The notes: a model not told the origin generated them from the sequence alone. DNA of 45,218 bases from an uncultured Rhizobium sp. (GCA_964461855.1 CAYWWT010000001.1:1-45218); one strand, 5' to 3'. Shown: positions 35,296 to 43,771, counted from the stretch's first letter. Program-made: numbers and translations.

Positions 35296-36395
35296 TGGTC
35301 GATTTCAGCAAACGTATCGCCAGTTCGACAACGGAAGCCATCAACATGGCGCTGTGCCCGTTGCTGGACGACGCCATAGCAGCAGCGGCCAAAACCGAAT
35401 ACGAAGCGGGGCGCGGCTCGGGCGCTGGCGATGTCGCCGCCAAGCGCATCGGAGCCGGCTACATCGGAACCGAATGCGGCCGCGAGTTGGCGTTTCGCTA
35501 TCACAAGCATCCAAAGGAAGATCGTGAAAGCACCGTCTCTAAGGGCGAATTGCAGCGCCATGCGGAAAGCGGCCACTGGACAGAGGCCAAGACCGCAGAA
35601 TGGCTGCGCCTGCTTGGCTTTGAAATCCTCACATGCCGCACCAACAATGACGGCACGCCCAAGATGGGCGCGTTCGGAAAACCGGAACAGATCGGTTGGA
35701 AGGCGGCGCGCGATCCGCAAACCGGCCAGTTTCGCATGGCAGGCGAAGTCGATGGCGCGATTGTCGCAGTTCCCCACGCGCTATTCCATCTGCTGCCAGC
35801 CACGGCAGAAGCGCCTGTCATCTGGGAAAGCAAGAAAGCCACAGACAAGAAGTGGAAGAAGTTTTCCAAGGAAGGCGTGAAGAAGGCTGACCCGCGCTAT
35901 TACGGCCAGCTTCAGACCAACATGGCGTACATGGGCCTGACGCACACGCTGTTCTCCATGCTCAACCTCGACAACATGAAATACTATTTCGAGGTTGTGC
36001 TGTTCAACCAGGCCGATGCGCAGACCATTTCCGACCGCGCGGTCAAGGTGCTGGAAAGCGCCAATGCCTTCGAGCTGCCGCGCGTTGCCATGGCGGAAGA
36101 CGATAGCCGGTGCCGTTTCTGCGATTTCCACGGCCAATGTTGGAAGGGGCTTATTCTGAGGGTTGACGCTGTTCCGCTGCCGGCAGAGGCGCAACTACGG
36201 CCCGATGAACGCGATGAGCGCGCCGCGCTTATGGTGCTGGCCAACACCATTCCGAACTACGATCCGGCGAAGGCAACGCTCAATGGCGCGCCCAGTCCAA
36301 TTTTCAATCCAAACTTTGGCGCCAGCTATTCACCCGCCGACAAGCTGGCGGAGTGCAATGCCAACGCCAAGATGCGTGTGGACTACCGCAAATGA
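35295..36395 (+). CDS. Cas4-like PD-(D/E)XK exonuclease
   Basis: IGAGYIGTECGREL, AGEVDG, WESK, YYGQLQ, C-terminal CRFCDFHGQC. Confidence 0.82.
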   Translation: MVDFSKRIASSTTEAINMALCPLLDDAIAAAAKTEYEAGRGSGAGDVAAKRIGAGYIGTECGRELAFRYHKHPKEDRESTVSKGELQRHAESGHWTEAKTAEWLRLLGFEILTCRTNNDGTPKMGAFGKPEQIGWKAARDPQTGQFRMAGEVDGAIVAVPHALFHLLPATAEAPVIWESKKATDKKWKKFSKEGVKKADPRYYGQLQTNMAYMGLTHTLFSMLNLDNMKYYFEVVLFNQADAQTISDRAVKVLESANAFELPRVAMAEDDSRCRFCDFHGQCWKGLILRVDAVPLPAEAQLRPDERDERAALMVLANTIPNYDPAKATLNGAPSPIFNPNFGASYSPADKLAECNANAKMRVDYRK

Positions 36396-36739
36396 GCGAA
36401 GATTTCACCCCTCACGCCCAAACGATCAGCGGTCGCGTCAAGTTCAACGTCACCGACGAAGATGTTGTGCTGATCGGCATCGTGGTGACGCGGTTTCTGG
36501 ATTTCCTGCGTGATCGCGGCATCCTTCCGACCGAAGCCCATGCGCGCAACCTTCACATGGACCTGGGCGCCGCGCACAGCAACGGGTGCCGGCTGGACTT
36601 TTCGGCCCTGGTGGCGATGGACCTGACGCCGTTTGTCGAAGACTGCATCGGCATCGGCAAGAACATCGACCGCACCACCGGCAAGCTGCTGCACGGCTAT
36701 CGGCCGCGCTGCGCCAAGAGCCAGTGGATCATTCATTAA
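36392..36739 (+). CDS. Phage protein of unknown function, paralog A (DUF6874-like from memory)
   Basis: HMDLGAAHSNGCRLDF...GIGKNIDRTTGKL...YRPR. Confidence 0.65.
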   Translation: MSEDFTPHAQTISGRVKFNVTDEDVVLIGIVVTRFLDFLRDRGILPTEAHARNLHMDLGAAHSNGCRLDFSALVAMDLTPFVEDCIGIGKNIDRTTGKLLHGYRPRCAKSQWIIH

Positions 36740-36756
36740 ATTAAGGCTTTGGGGCT

Positions 36757-36972
36757 ATGGCTTATATTCATCACAACTACGGCAGGGGCACCACAGCCAA
36801 CGACTATGCGCGCGTGGACAGCAAGCGCGCCAAGGTAAAGCGCGACTGCTGGGTGTGCGGCGCCGACGCGCAAGGAAAGTTCTGCGGACCCTGCAGCGCC
36901 GATGTCTATGACGCGCGCACCGCCTGGAAGCATCAGCAAGACCGGCTGGCGAAGAAGAAGAAAAAAACATGA
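36757..36972 (+). CDS. Small zinc-finger protein
   Basis: CWVC...CGPC, basic tail. Confidence 0.5.
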   Translation: MAYIHHNYGRGTTANDYARVDSKRAKVKRDCWVCGADAQGKFCGPCSADVYDARTAWKHQQDRLAKKKKKT

Positions 36973-37157
36973 CCATATATCTGTCGCTGCGAGACATTAT
37001 CGGCCACATCGTAATTTCTTACGGTCGCTGGCCGTATGTTGAAAGCCCATCCAATGTAATGCGCAGATACGAATTGGATCGGAAAGAAAATGGCGCACTC
37101 ACCATCACGCGGTTTCGTCAGATACTTTCCGAATTCACCCAAACGAGCGCGGCATGA
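36969..37157 (+). CDS. Small hypothetical protein
   Basis: ATGA-coupled on both sides. Confidence 0.4.
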   Translation: MTIYLSLRDIIGHIVISYGRWPYVESPSNVMRRYELDRKENGALTITRFRQILSEFTQTSAA

Positions 37158-39673
37158 CCACCGCACCCAACCGCACCGACCTTGCTGCGTATCTCGACAT
37201 GGTGTTCGGCTATGTCGATCAGGCCGATGACAGCCAAACTTGCATCGCGCTGCGCGGCACCGGCGAGAAAGGCACGCCCAAGGAAGGCGTCTTCATCGAA
37301 CCGATCATCGTGCCCGGTATTGAAGGCCAGTTCGACATCGACCGCATCTTCGGTCATGTCCAGCGCTGGTCGCAGCACGGCGCCGCCAGCTTCATCGTCC
37401 CCGCCGCCATGGACCTGGCGACACTGAGGGATCACAAGGCCACCGAGGATCGCGTCCGACTGCTCACAACCATCGTGGTGGACATCGACAAGGGCGACAC
37501 CGGCGCCCGCCTGGCGCACGCCACCAAGCATCTGGGCCAGCCCACCATGGTGGTGCATTCCGGCGGCACCACTGAGACGGGCGCGCCCAAGCTGCATGTC
37601 TATTGGCGGCTGACGGAGCCGAGCGACCGCGTGGCGGTGATCGCCGCGGCGCGCAAGGTGCTGGCGCTGAAGCTGGGGGGCGATCCGGCCTTCGGCCGCT
37701 CCACCCAGGTCATCCGCCTGCCCGGCTCCGTGTACGGCAAGAATGGCGTGGCCAAGCCCTGCGCCATCGCGGATATGTCAAAATATGAATATGATCTGAG
37801 CGACATTCTCAGCGCCATCGAGGCCATGCCCACGGCCGAAGGGGTGGAGCTGTCCGATCCCGCCAAACTGGCGCCGCTGCTGACGCCGGCCTCGTTCAGT
37901 CAGGGCGGCAAGGGGCTGAGTTTCAGCGGCTTCAAGGCGGCCCATGGCGATGCCGACGCCAAGCCGGACATCCGCGCCGCCCTTACCACGACCATCGCGG
38001 AGGGCGGCGACGACGACAAAAACCGCTGGTCGGAATTCAACCGCGTCGCCGGGCATTACATCCATACCGCCCGCATGGGCGGGGCGACGCTGGATGAGGC
38101 CAAGGCGCTGGCCCAGGGCTGGATGGCGGCCAACATGAAGCCGGCCTGGCCTCTGGTGCGCTTCGACGCCGAATGGAAGGCCCTGGTGGCGCACGACATC
38201 AAGACCAAGGGACCGCTGCCGGTGCCCGTGACGGCTTTGGGGGGCGCTGCTGGCAGGGGCGACGTCATCGATCTGACGCCCAACGGAACCGGCGTCTTCG
38301 CCCAGCAATCGACCCTGGCGCAATGGAGCGTCGATGCCTGGGCGGCGGGCGAGAAGCCCAAGCGCAAGTTCCTGGTCGAAGGCCTCATCCTGGCGGGCAA
38401 GGCCCACATGCTGGCCGCCGAAGGCGGAGCGGGAAAGACCTTCCTGCTGCTGGACCTGGCGCTGAAGATGGCCCTGCACCAGCCCGGCGCCGGCGAACAG
38501 TGGTGCGGCATGCCGCTGACCGACCTGGCGGCGGGCACCGTGGTCATGTTCACGACCGAGGACGACCGGGACGAATTGCACATCCGCCTGACCGACATCG
38601 ACCCCCAGAACCGTCGGCGGGACGCCGGGGGGCGGCTAATCATCATCCCCACCATCAACATCGGGGGCGCTTTTGCCCTGGTGGAGCGCGAGCGCGCCAC
38701 CGGCAGGGCGGTCCTGGGGCAGGCATGGGGGCAATGGCTCACTCAACTGCGCGCCGTCCCCGACCTGCGCATGGTCGTGATCGATACCCTCAATACGACC
38801 CTGCACGGGGAAGAGAACAACGCCACCGTCATTAACGAATATGTCCAGGCCGCGGCGGCGGTGGTCTGCGGCGAGCTTGGGGCGGCTCTGGTGGTGACGC
38901 ATCACGTCCGCAAGCCAGGCGCCAACACGAAAATCTACACTCCCGAGGACATGCGGAATTCGGTGCGCGGCAGCACGGCGCTGATCGGGGCCTTTCGGGT
39001 GGCGCTGGGCATCTGGCACGCCCCGGATTTCCGGGAGCGGCTTGAGCGCATGGGCAAGGAACCCCAGGCCGGGCACCTGTTCAACTTCGCCGTGGTGAAG
39101 GCCAACAATCCGGAAATGACCTTCGACACCCGCGCCATGCTGCGGCAGGGCAACGGCCTGCTGGTCGACGTCACCCGGGACGAGGCCAAGATGATCGCCA
39201 GCAGCCACGATCAGGTTGAAGCCTGGATGGTCAAGGCGGTCGAATACGCGGCCGAGAAGGGCCACCCGTTCACCATCAAGGCCGCCATGAAGCGCCCGCC
39301 CAACGGGCGCAAGCACCAGCTTCCACGCCTCCTGCAAGGGCTGTCGGAGGCCAAGATCAAGGACCTGTGCGACGCCCTGGTGCAGGATGGCCGCCTGGTC
39401 CAGTGCAATCCCAAGGGCGGCACGACCTACAACCATCTGGACGTGCCGCTGGGCCCCCTTGCCAAGGCAATTGGGCCGGACGGGGGGGCGTACCGCATTG
39501 CCGAGGGCAGCGATTTTACCCCGCCGTCATGGGAACACCTGTTCGCCTATCACCCGGTCAACCAATGCATCGTGCCCCGCAACGAGCTGGAAAAGGGGAT
39601 GATTAGGTTCGGTCGTGCCGGTCGTGAAGAGGGTCTTACGACTGGCACGACCGGGGGGCGAAAAGATGCGTAG
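37154..39673 (+). CDS. Primase-helicase (RepB-type primase fused to RepA/AAA_25 SF4-like helicase)
   Basis: VVDID, VHSGG...HVYWRL, QVIRLPGS (primase); AEGGAGKT, TTEDD, VVIDT, HHVRK, RGSTAL, KAN (helicase). Confidence 0.9.
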   Translation: MTTAPNRTDLAAYLDMVFGYVDQADDSQTCIALRGTGEKGTPKEGVFIEPIIVPGIEGQFDIDRIFGHVQRWSQHGAASFIVPAAMDLATLRDHKATEDRVRLLTTIVVDIDKGDTGARLAHATKHLGQPTMVVHSGGTTETGAPKLHVYWRLTEPSDRVAVIAAARKVLALKLGGDPAFGRSTQVIRLPGSVYGKNGVAKPCAIADMSKYEYDLSDILSAIEAMPTAEGVELSDPAKLAPLLTPASFSQGGKGLSFSGFKAAHGDADAKPDIRAALTTTIAEGGDDDKNRWSEFNRVAGHYIHTARMGGATLDEAKALAQGWMAANMKPAWPLVRFDAEWKALVAHDIKTKGPLPVPVTALGGAAGRGDVIDLTPNGTGVFAQQSTLAQWSVDAWAAGEKPKRKFLVEGLILAGKAHMLAAEGGAGKTFLLLDLALKMALHQPGAGEQWCGMPLTDLAAGTVVMFTTEDDRDELHIRLTDIDPQNRRRDAGGRLIIIPTINIGGAFALVERERATGRAVLGQAWGQWLTQLRAVPDLRMVVIDTLNTTLHGEENNATVINEYVQAAAAVVCGELGAALVVTHHVRKPGANTKIYTPEDMRNSVRGSTALIGAFRVALGIWHAPDFRERLERMGKEPQAGHLFNFAVVKANNPEMTFDTRAMLRQGNGLLVDVTRDEAKMIASSHDQVEAWMVKAVEYAAEKGHPFTIKAAMKRPPNGRKHQLPRLLQGLSEAKIKDLCDALVQDGRLVQCNPKGGTTYNHLDVPLGPLAKAIGPDGGAYRIAEGSDFTPPSWEHLFAYHPVNQCIVPRNELEKGMIRFGRAGREEGLTTGTTGGRKDA

Positions 39674-39859
39674 CTCTTTGTTTTTTCACGACAAAGCCGG
39701 TCGCAACCAACCCGGTCGTGGAAATCGCGTTTCGGTCGCGTTCAAACACGACCGCTTATATCGAGCAAAAACATATACTTACGAGCAGTTTTCCAACCCG
39801 GTCGTGCCCCCCTTATATAATCCCCCAAGTGCATACACCCCCTATGGGGGGATATGCAC
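39610..39859. repeat. Iteron-like CGGTCG(T/C)(G/A) cluster and hairpin: putative replication origin
   Basis: At least 8 copies in both orientations, AT-rich stretch, and GTGCATA..CCCCC-TAT-GGGGG..TATGCAC hairpin at 39829-39859. Confidence 0.6.
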
Positions 39860-39907
39860 CGCTAGGGCGATCACCGCCGCCCGCGCCCGGTCCCCTGGCC
39901 CAACCCC

Positions 39908-40462
39908 ATGACCAGGCCCACCCCACGTCACCTGCCGCGACCGGCCACACCGCCTGACGTACCATCGATACCGGGCCTAACTCTGACCATGGCCGGGCAC
40001 CCCCGCCCCCAGCCACGCGCGCGCCATGTCGGGGGCCGGGTGGTATCGACGGCCAACGCCAAAGCCAAGGCTTTTCGGACGGCTCTGGAAGCCCGCGCGC
40101 GAGAGGCGGTGTCCCACATCGGTGGCGTCGAGGTCCTGGCCCAGGCGTGGGCTGGCCGAGCCCTGCGGGTCGATAGCCTTTGGACCTTTCCGACGCCCAA
40201 GCGCGAACGCTGGGGCCAGCTTCATACCCCCAGGCCCGACCGCGACAATCTCGAAAAGCTGCTGCTCGATGTGCTGGTGAAGGCCGGGGCGCTGGGGGGC
40301 GACGACAGCCGGGTCGCCGCAGGCGAACCGGTCAAGGTCTGGGGCGAGCGCGGTAGTGTGGCGGTGACGGTGACGCCCGCCGCCATCGCATCGATCCCGC
40401 CGCCGCCCAGCAGCGCCACGGGACGATGCGCCCCGCCGCCGGCCTGGCTGCGCGTCAAGTGA
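39908..40462 (+). CDS. rusA: RusA-family Holliday junction resolvase
   Basis: PRPQPRAR, HTPRPDRDNLEKLLLDVL...DDSRV. Confidence 0.85.
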   Translation: MTRPTPRHLPRPATPPDVPSIPGLTLTMAGHPRPQPRARHVGGRVVSTANAKAKAFRTALEARAREAVSHIGGVEVLAQAWAGRALRVDSLWTFPTPKRERWGQLHTPRPDRDNLEKLLLDVLVKAGALGGDDSRVAAGEPVKVWGERGSVAVTVTPAAIASIPPPPSSATGRCAPPPAWLRVK

Positions 40463-40564
40463 TATGGGGCGGCTTGGACATCAGCTTGAAGATTTCTCGC
40501 GCCACCGACATGGACACGATGACGTCGATCCGCTTAAAAAAAGGGAAATCTGTCGCAACGCCGC

Positions 40565-40774
40565 TTAATTGCAGCGCCCGGTATCGCAGTAATCGACCGG
40601 GGCGCCGCCGCCTTGGGACGTGATGATCGCGAACCATGTGCATCCCACCAAGCCGGACAGCATGGCGATCCCAGCCCATACCAGCAGCACCTTTCGCCAC
40701 GACATGGGCCGCTGCGGCGCCGAAGGCGTTGCGGGGATCGGATGCATCGGGGGCGGTGGCCAGATCGGTTCCAT
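40565..40774 (-). CDS. Small membrane protein
   Basis: 69 aa, one TM helix, Cys pair at the end. Confidence 0.4.
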   Translation of the reverse strand: MEPIWPPPPMHPIPATPSAPQRPMSWRKVLLVWAGIAMLSGLVGCTWFAIITSQGGGAPVDYCDTGRCN

Positions 40775-40800
40775 GGACGGAACTTAGTGCTGCCCCGGCC

Positions 40801-40834
40801 AAAGAAAAAGGGCAGACCTCGCAGCCTGCCCTTT
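40801..40834 (-). terminator. Rho-independent terminator of the leftward operon
   Basis: Minus strand: AAAGGGCAG-(10 nt)-CTGCCC followed by TTTTTCTTT. Confidence 0.7.
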
Positions 40835-40931
40835 CGCCTGTAGATCAACAAGACGGCTTATGCCGTGAAAATCACCAGGCACAGCAGCCCGTCCAGCGCG
40901 ATCAGGAAGGCGATGAAGATAAGGGCGCGGA

Positions 40932-41219
40932 TCATTTCGTTGCCTCAATAACGGCCAGCCGAAGCGCCTTGAACACCGGAGCCAATTCCGTCCCCGCGTC
41001 GGAATAGGGATTTAGATCATCAAACCATTGCAGAACGTCCTGGGCGGCCTTCAGCATTGTCGGCGTGATTACCGGAATTTGTTCTTTCGCCTCTTCCAGC
41101 GTGGCCCACATGCCATCGCACACACGGCTGCGCGGTCCGTCCTTGGTGTCCAGTGTCTCGACAATGCGGAAAGGACGATGTGTGGGAGGCTCTACCTGAC
41201 GCAGAATTTCATATCGCAT
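40932..41219 (-). CDS. Hypothetical protein
   Basis: 95 aa, GAGGG upstream. Confidence 0.55.
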   Translation of the reverse strand: MRYEILRQVEPPTHRPFRIVETLDTKDGPRSRVCDGMWATLEEAKEQIPVITPTMLKAAQDVLQWFDDLNPYSDAGTELAPVFKALRLAVIEATK

Positions 41220-41223
41220 CGCC

Positions 41224-41490
41224 CTAACCCTCCATCAGCCGGAAGCAGACGACATGCGCCGTCGCCACCGTCCAGACCAGTGCCGCAGCATCGTGCGCAC
41301 CATGGCGCGTCTCTTCGCGTAGCGTCAGCCATTGCTCGTTGTGATCCACCACATCGGCGCGGGCGACGTGACGCCCGTTGACCAGTTCGACGTTTTCCAG
41401 CCAATACGCCGCGCCCTCTTCGTCCAGCTTCATCATGCGTTGGCTGGGGGTCAGGTGGCAGGCGCCACCGTGATAGGTTGCAGGGCTCAT
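41224..41490 (-). CDS. Hypothetical protein
   Basis: 88 aa, RBS GGAGG. Confidence 0.5.
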   Translation of the reverse strand: MSPATYHGGACHLTPSQRMMKLDEEGAAYWLENVELVNGRHVARADVVDHNEQWLTLREETRHGAHDAAALVWTVATAHVVCFRLMEG

Positions 41491-41493
41491 GGC

Positions 41494-41826
41494 TCAAGCC
41501 TCCTGCTTCGAGGCGCGCGGACGGAAGCAATTGCGTAGCTTCCCGGTGTCGCGGTCTAGATGGCTGGTAATGCCGCTGATGTCGTGCATGAAGCTGGTAT
41601 CGTCGAAGCCCAGCAGGCGCGCGAAGTCCATGGGGTTTCCGTTGGCGTGCGTAGCCGTCAGGTCCATATGCAGGTCCATCCTATGGGTCGCACTGGCTGG
41701 AATGCCCAGCCTCGCGCAGATTGCCATGGCGCGCACCACGCAATCTTTCACCAGCAGGGCGTCCATGTGATTGATGTCGAATCTAACGCGGGCTTGTGCC
41801 GGCGCGTGGGTCCTTGATTTTGTCAT
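41494..41826 (-). CDS. Phage protein of unknown function, paralog B (DUF6874-like from memory)
   Basis: MDLTATHANGNPMDFARLLGFDDTSFMHDISGITSHLDRDTGKLRNCFRPR; start 41826 or 41832 after GGAG. Confidence 0.7.
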   Translation of the reverse strand: MTKSRTHAPAQARVRFDINHMDALLVKDCVVRAMAICARLGIPASATHRMDLHMDLTATHANGNPMDFARLLGFDDTSFMHDISGITSHLDRDTGKLRNCFRPRASKQEA

Positions 41827-41862
41827 TGGCATTTTCTCCGTTGGCGTGATGCAGGAGCGCAT

Positions 41863-41945
41863 CGCTTTGGGCGGTGGGGGAATGGCGTCCTGTCCATTCC
41901 CCCTTGAGCGCAGGCCCCTCGTTCAACGGAGAGAAGCCCAAAGCG
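41863..41945 (-). ncRNA. C4/CI-like antisense RNA (three-way junction)
   Basis: 10-bp closing stem, 10-bp hairpin and 7-bp hairpin (one mismatch). Single-stranded parts are complementary to the RBS regions at 42781-42810 and 41835-41858. Confidence 0.7.
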
Positions 41946-41965
41946 CCCGCGCCCAAACCGTCGCG

Positions 41966-42160
41966 TTACTGCCGATGGTCCTCAATGTGCGAGGGTTGTT
42001 GATACTGATCCGGCGTGTCGATCAGCGCCCAGGCCAGGAAAGTCAGCCCGACGCAGATCACCACCAGCCCCAGCATGGACGCCATGTCGCCCAGCCAGTC
42101 GGAAGGCGAGCCGAGGTCGCGGAGCGACAGCGGAACGCCGTCATGCTCAAACGGGCTCAT
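41966..42160 (-). CDS. Small single-TM protein
   Basis: 64 aa, hydrophobic helix, ATGA-coupled. Confidence 0.5.
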   Translation of the reverse strand: MSPFEHDGVPLSLRDLGSPSDWLGDMASMLGLVVICVGLTFLAWALIDTPDQYQQPSHIEDHRQ

Positions 42161-42408
42161 GACGCCACCTGCTGCCCGAAGCGCCCCAGCAGCCAGTCAT
42201 TGCCGCCCGCCGCCACAAAGGCGATGTGCGCCTTGTCCAGCGCCGCATGCGCGGCGTGGAGCGTCGTCCCAGGCTCGCCACGGCCCTTGCGCGTGTAGCG
42301 CACGTCCCCAGGCCACGCTTTCGGAAAAGCTTTCTCGATCTCAGCCGTCCAGGCTCGATCCGCCTGCACCCAGGCCGTGTAGAGGGCTTGGAAGTCGGGG
42401 GCGGTCAT
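42157..42408 (-). CDS. Hypothetical protein
   Basis: 83 aa, ADRAWTAEIEKAF...DVRY; ATGA-coupled. Confidence 0.6.
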   Translation of the reverse strand: MTAPDFQALYTAWVQADRAWTAEIEKAFPKAWPGDVRYTRKGRGEPGTTLHAAHAALDKAHIAFVAAGGNDWLLGRFGQQVAS

Positions 42409-42776
42409 TCCGGCACCTGTTGCGCAAGGTGGGGTGCCAGCTTCGCTATCAGCACATGCACAGCGTCGATGCCGTTGGCCGGATCATCATCCGAGATATG
42501 GGCCGCGAAATAGCGCTTGTTGACGCGGAAGAAGCCGAGCCGCACGTCATTGTTCGTCGCTTCGCATATGGCGAAGTGGTTGCGCTCGAAGTGCATGGGC
42601 GGGAGTATTTCCAAAAACTCCCAATAGGTTTCCTCGTCCGTCTCCACATAGTCGGACAGGAGCCGCGCGCGGTTGTAGCGCTCAGCGTGGGGAAGATCGG
42701 GGTTCAACCAGCCGTAAAAGGTGGCGAGCGTGTGCTTGCCTGAGAAGGTGCGGGTTTGTGGCGTTTCTGCCGTCAT
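42405..42776 (-). CDS. Hypothetical protein, first gene of the leftward operon (DUF1419-like from memory)
   Basis: ETDEETYWEFLEILPPMHF...FAICEA motif; RBS GGAG 7 nt upstream. Confidence 0.65.
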   Translation of the reverse strand: MTAETPQTRTFSGKHTLATFYGWLNPDLPHAERYNRARLLSDYVETDEETYWEFLEILPPMHFERNHFAICEATNNDVRLGFFRVNKRYFAAHISDDDPANGIDAVHVLIAKLAPHLAQQVPE

Positions 42777-42812
42777 GCTATCTCTCCGTTGTTGACACCA
42801 GCGCAGGACGCG

Positions 42813-42861
42813 CCGTCTTGTCGATCAACATATACGCAGGATGTAGACAAAATGTCCAACA
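42813..42861 (-). promoter_or_regulatory. Leftward promoter overlapped by two operator types
   Basis: Minus strand TGGACA-N18-TATATG. The palindromic operator at 42844-42858 covers the -35, and the 18-bp motif at 42813-42830 covers the start region. Confidence 0.6.
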
Positions 42862-42896
42862 TAAAAAAACAGCCCAAGGCGAAGGAAGGCGCGCCC

Positions 42897-43466
42897 ATGG
42901 TTGTTGTTGGCAAGGATGATGAAGCCGAAGATGTTGGCCAGGCCAAAGGTGCCGATGGTCTAACGCCGCGTCAGGCGGCCTTCGTTGAAGCGCTCGTTAA
43001 TGGTGCTACAAGCGGTAACGCTACGAAATCCGCGATAGCGGCGGGGTATAGCGAGAATTCTGCGGCGCAAATTGGCGCGACACTGACGAAACTTCCCCAC
43101 GTTTCCGCCGCCGTCGATGCTGCGCTACGCGCAGCCATCGGCACCACACTCACCGTGCAGGCCGTGGCCGTCATCCGCCAGATCGTCAACGATCCTGATG
43201 CGCCGCTGAAGCTGCGCGGCGATATGGCGGCCAAGGTCATTGAGTATTCCGGCCTGGTCGAACGCACCAAGGCGCAGAAGGCCAAGGATACCGGCCTGGG
43301 CGGCGGCAAGACGCTGGCGGAATGCAGCCGGACCGAACTGGAAGAGATCGTGCGCAAGGGCGCCGCCGTGTTGCAGGCGGCGGCCAGCCTTCCGCCCGCC
43401 GGGCCGGTGATTGAGGGCGTTAGCGCGCAGGATAACGCGCAGCGTCCAGCACTCGCAGCGGAATAA
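42897..43466 (+). CDS. terS: Terminase small subunit
   Basis: LTPRQAAFVEAL...NATKSAIAAGYSENSAAQIGATL..LPHV HTH signature. ATG 42897 follows GGAAGG (42852 is an alternative). Confidence 0.8.
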   Translation: MVVVGKDDEAEDVGQAKGADGLTPRQAAFVEALVNGATSGNATKSAIAAGYSENSAAQIGATLTKLPHVSAAVDAALRAAIGTTLTVQAVAVIRQIVNDPDAPLKLRGDMAAKVIEYSGLVERTKAQKAKDTGLGGGKTLAECSRTELEEIVRKGAAVLQAAASLPPAGPVIEGVSAQDNAQRPALAAE

Positions 43467-43681
43467 CCCAGCTTTCATCACGTCTTAGCGCAGCTATGCT
43501 CAAGCCCTAACTAGGCTGAGACATGGGGGCGTCCCTGTCCTGGCCGGTTGGTGGCGGGGGAAGGCGGCCGCCCCCGGCGGTACCGGCCGCCCCCGGCCGT
43601 ACCCCTGGGCGGGTGCCCCGCGCGCGCGCGCGAAAATCCCATTCCCCTCCCCCGACAAAAATTTCGCCCTCCGGGCGATCT

Positions 43682-43701
43682 TGTTGGACATTTTGTCCAC
43701 G
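43682..43701. promoter_or_regulatory. Palindromic operator upstream of the tailspike/lysis/packaging operon
   Basis: TGGACATTTTGTCCA at 43685-43699, identical to the copy at 24423. Confidence 0.7.
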
Positions 43702-43771
43702 CTTTTCAACGTCGTTCAACATCTGGTATCTATGCCGACGCGCCGCACCAACCCATGCGTCGAGGGGCAAG

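Noticed and set aside
35295-36395. Cas4 as part of a CRISPR-Cas system
   Set aside because: No repeat-spacer array or other cas genes seen; solo Cas4-like nucleases are common in phage replication modules.
40455-40802. 115-aa minus-strand ORF
   Set aside because: It overlaps a more plausible 69-aa ORF and the terminator, has no RBS, and its composition is unconvincing.
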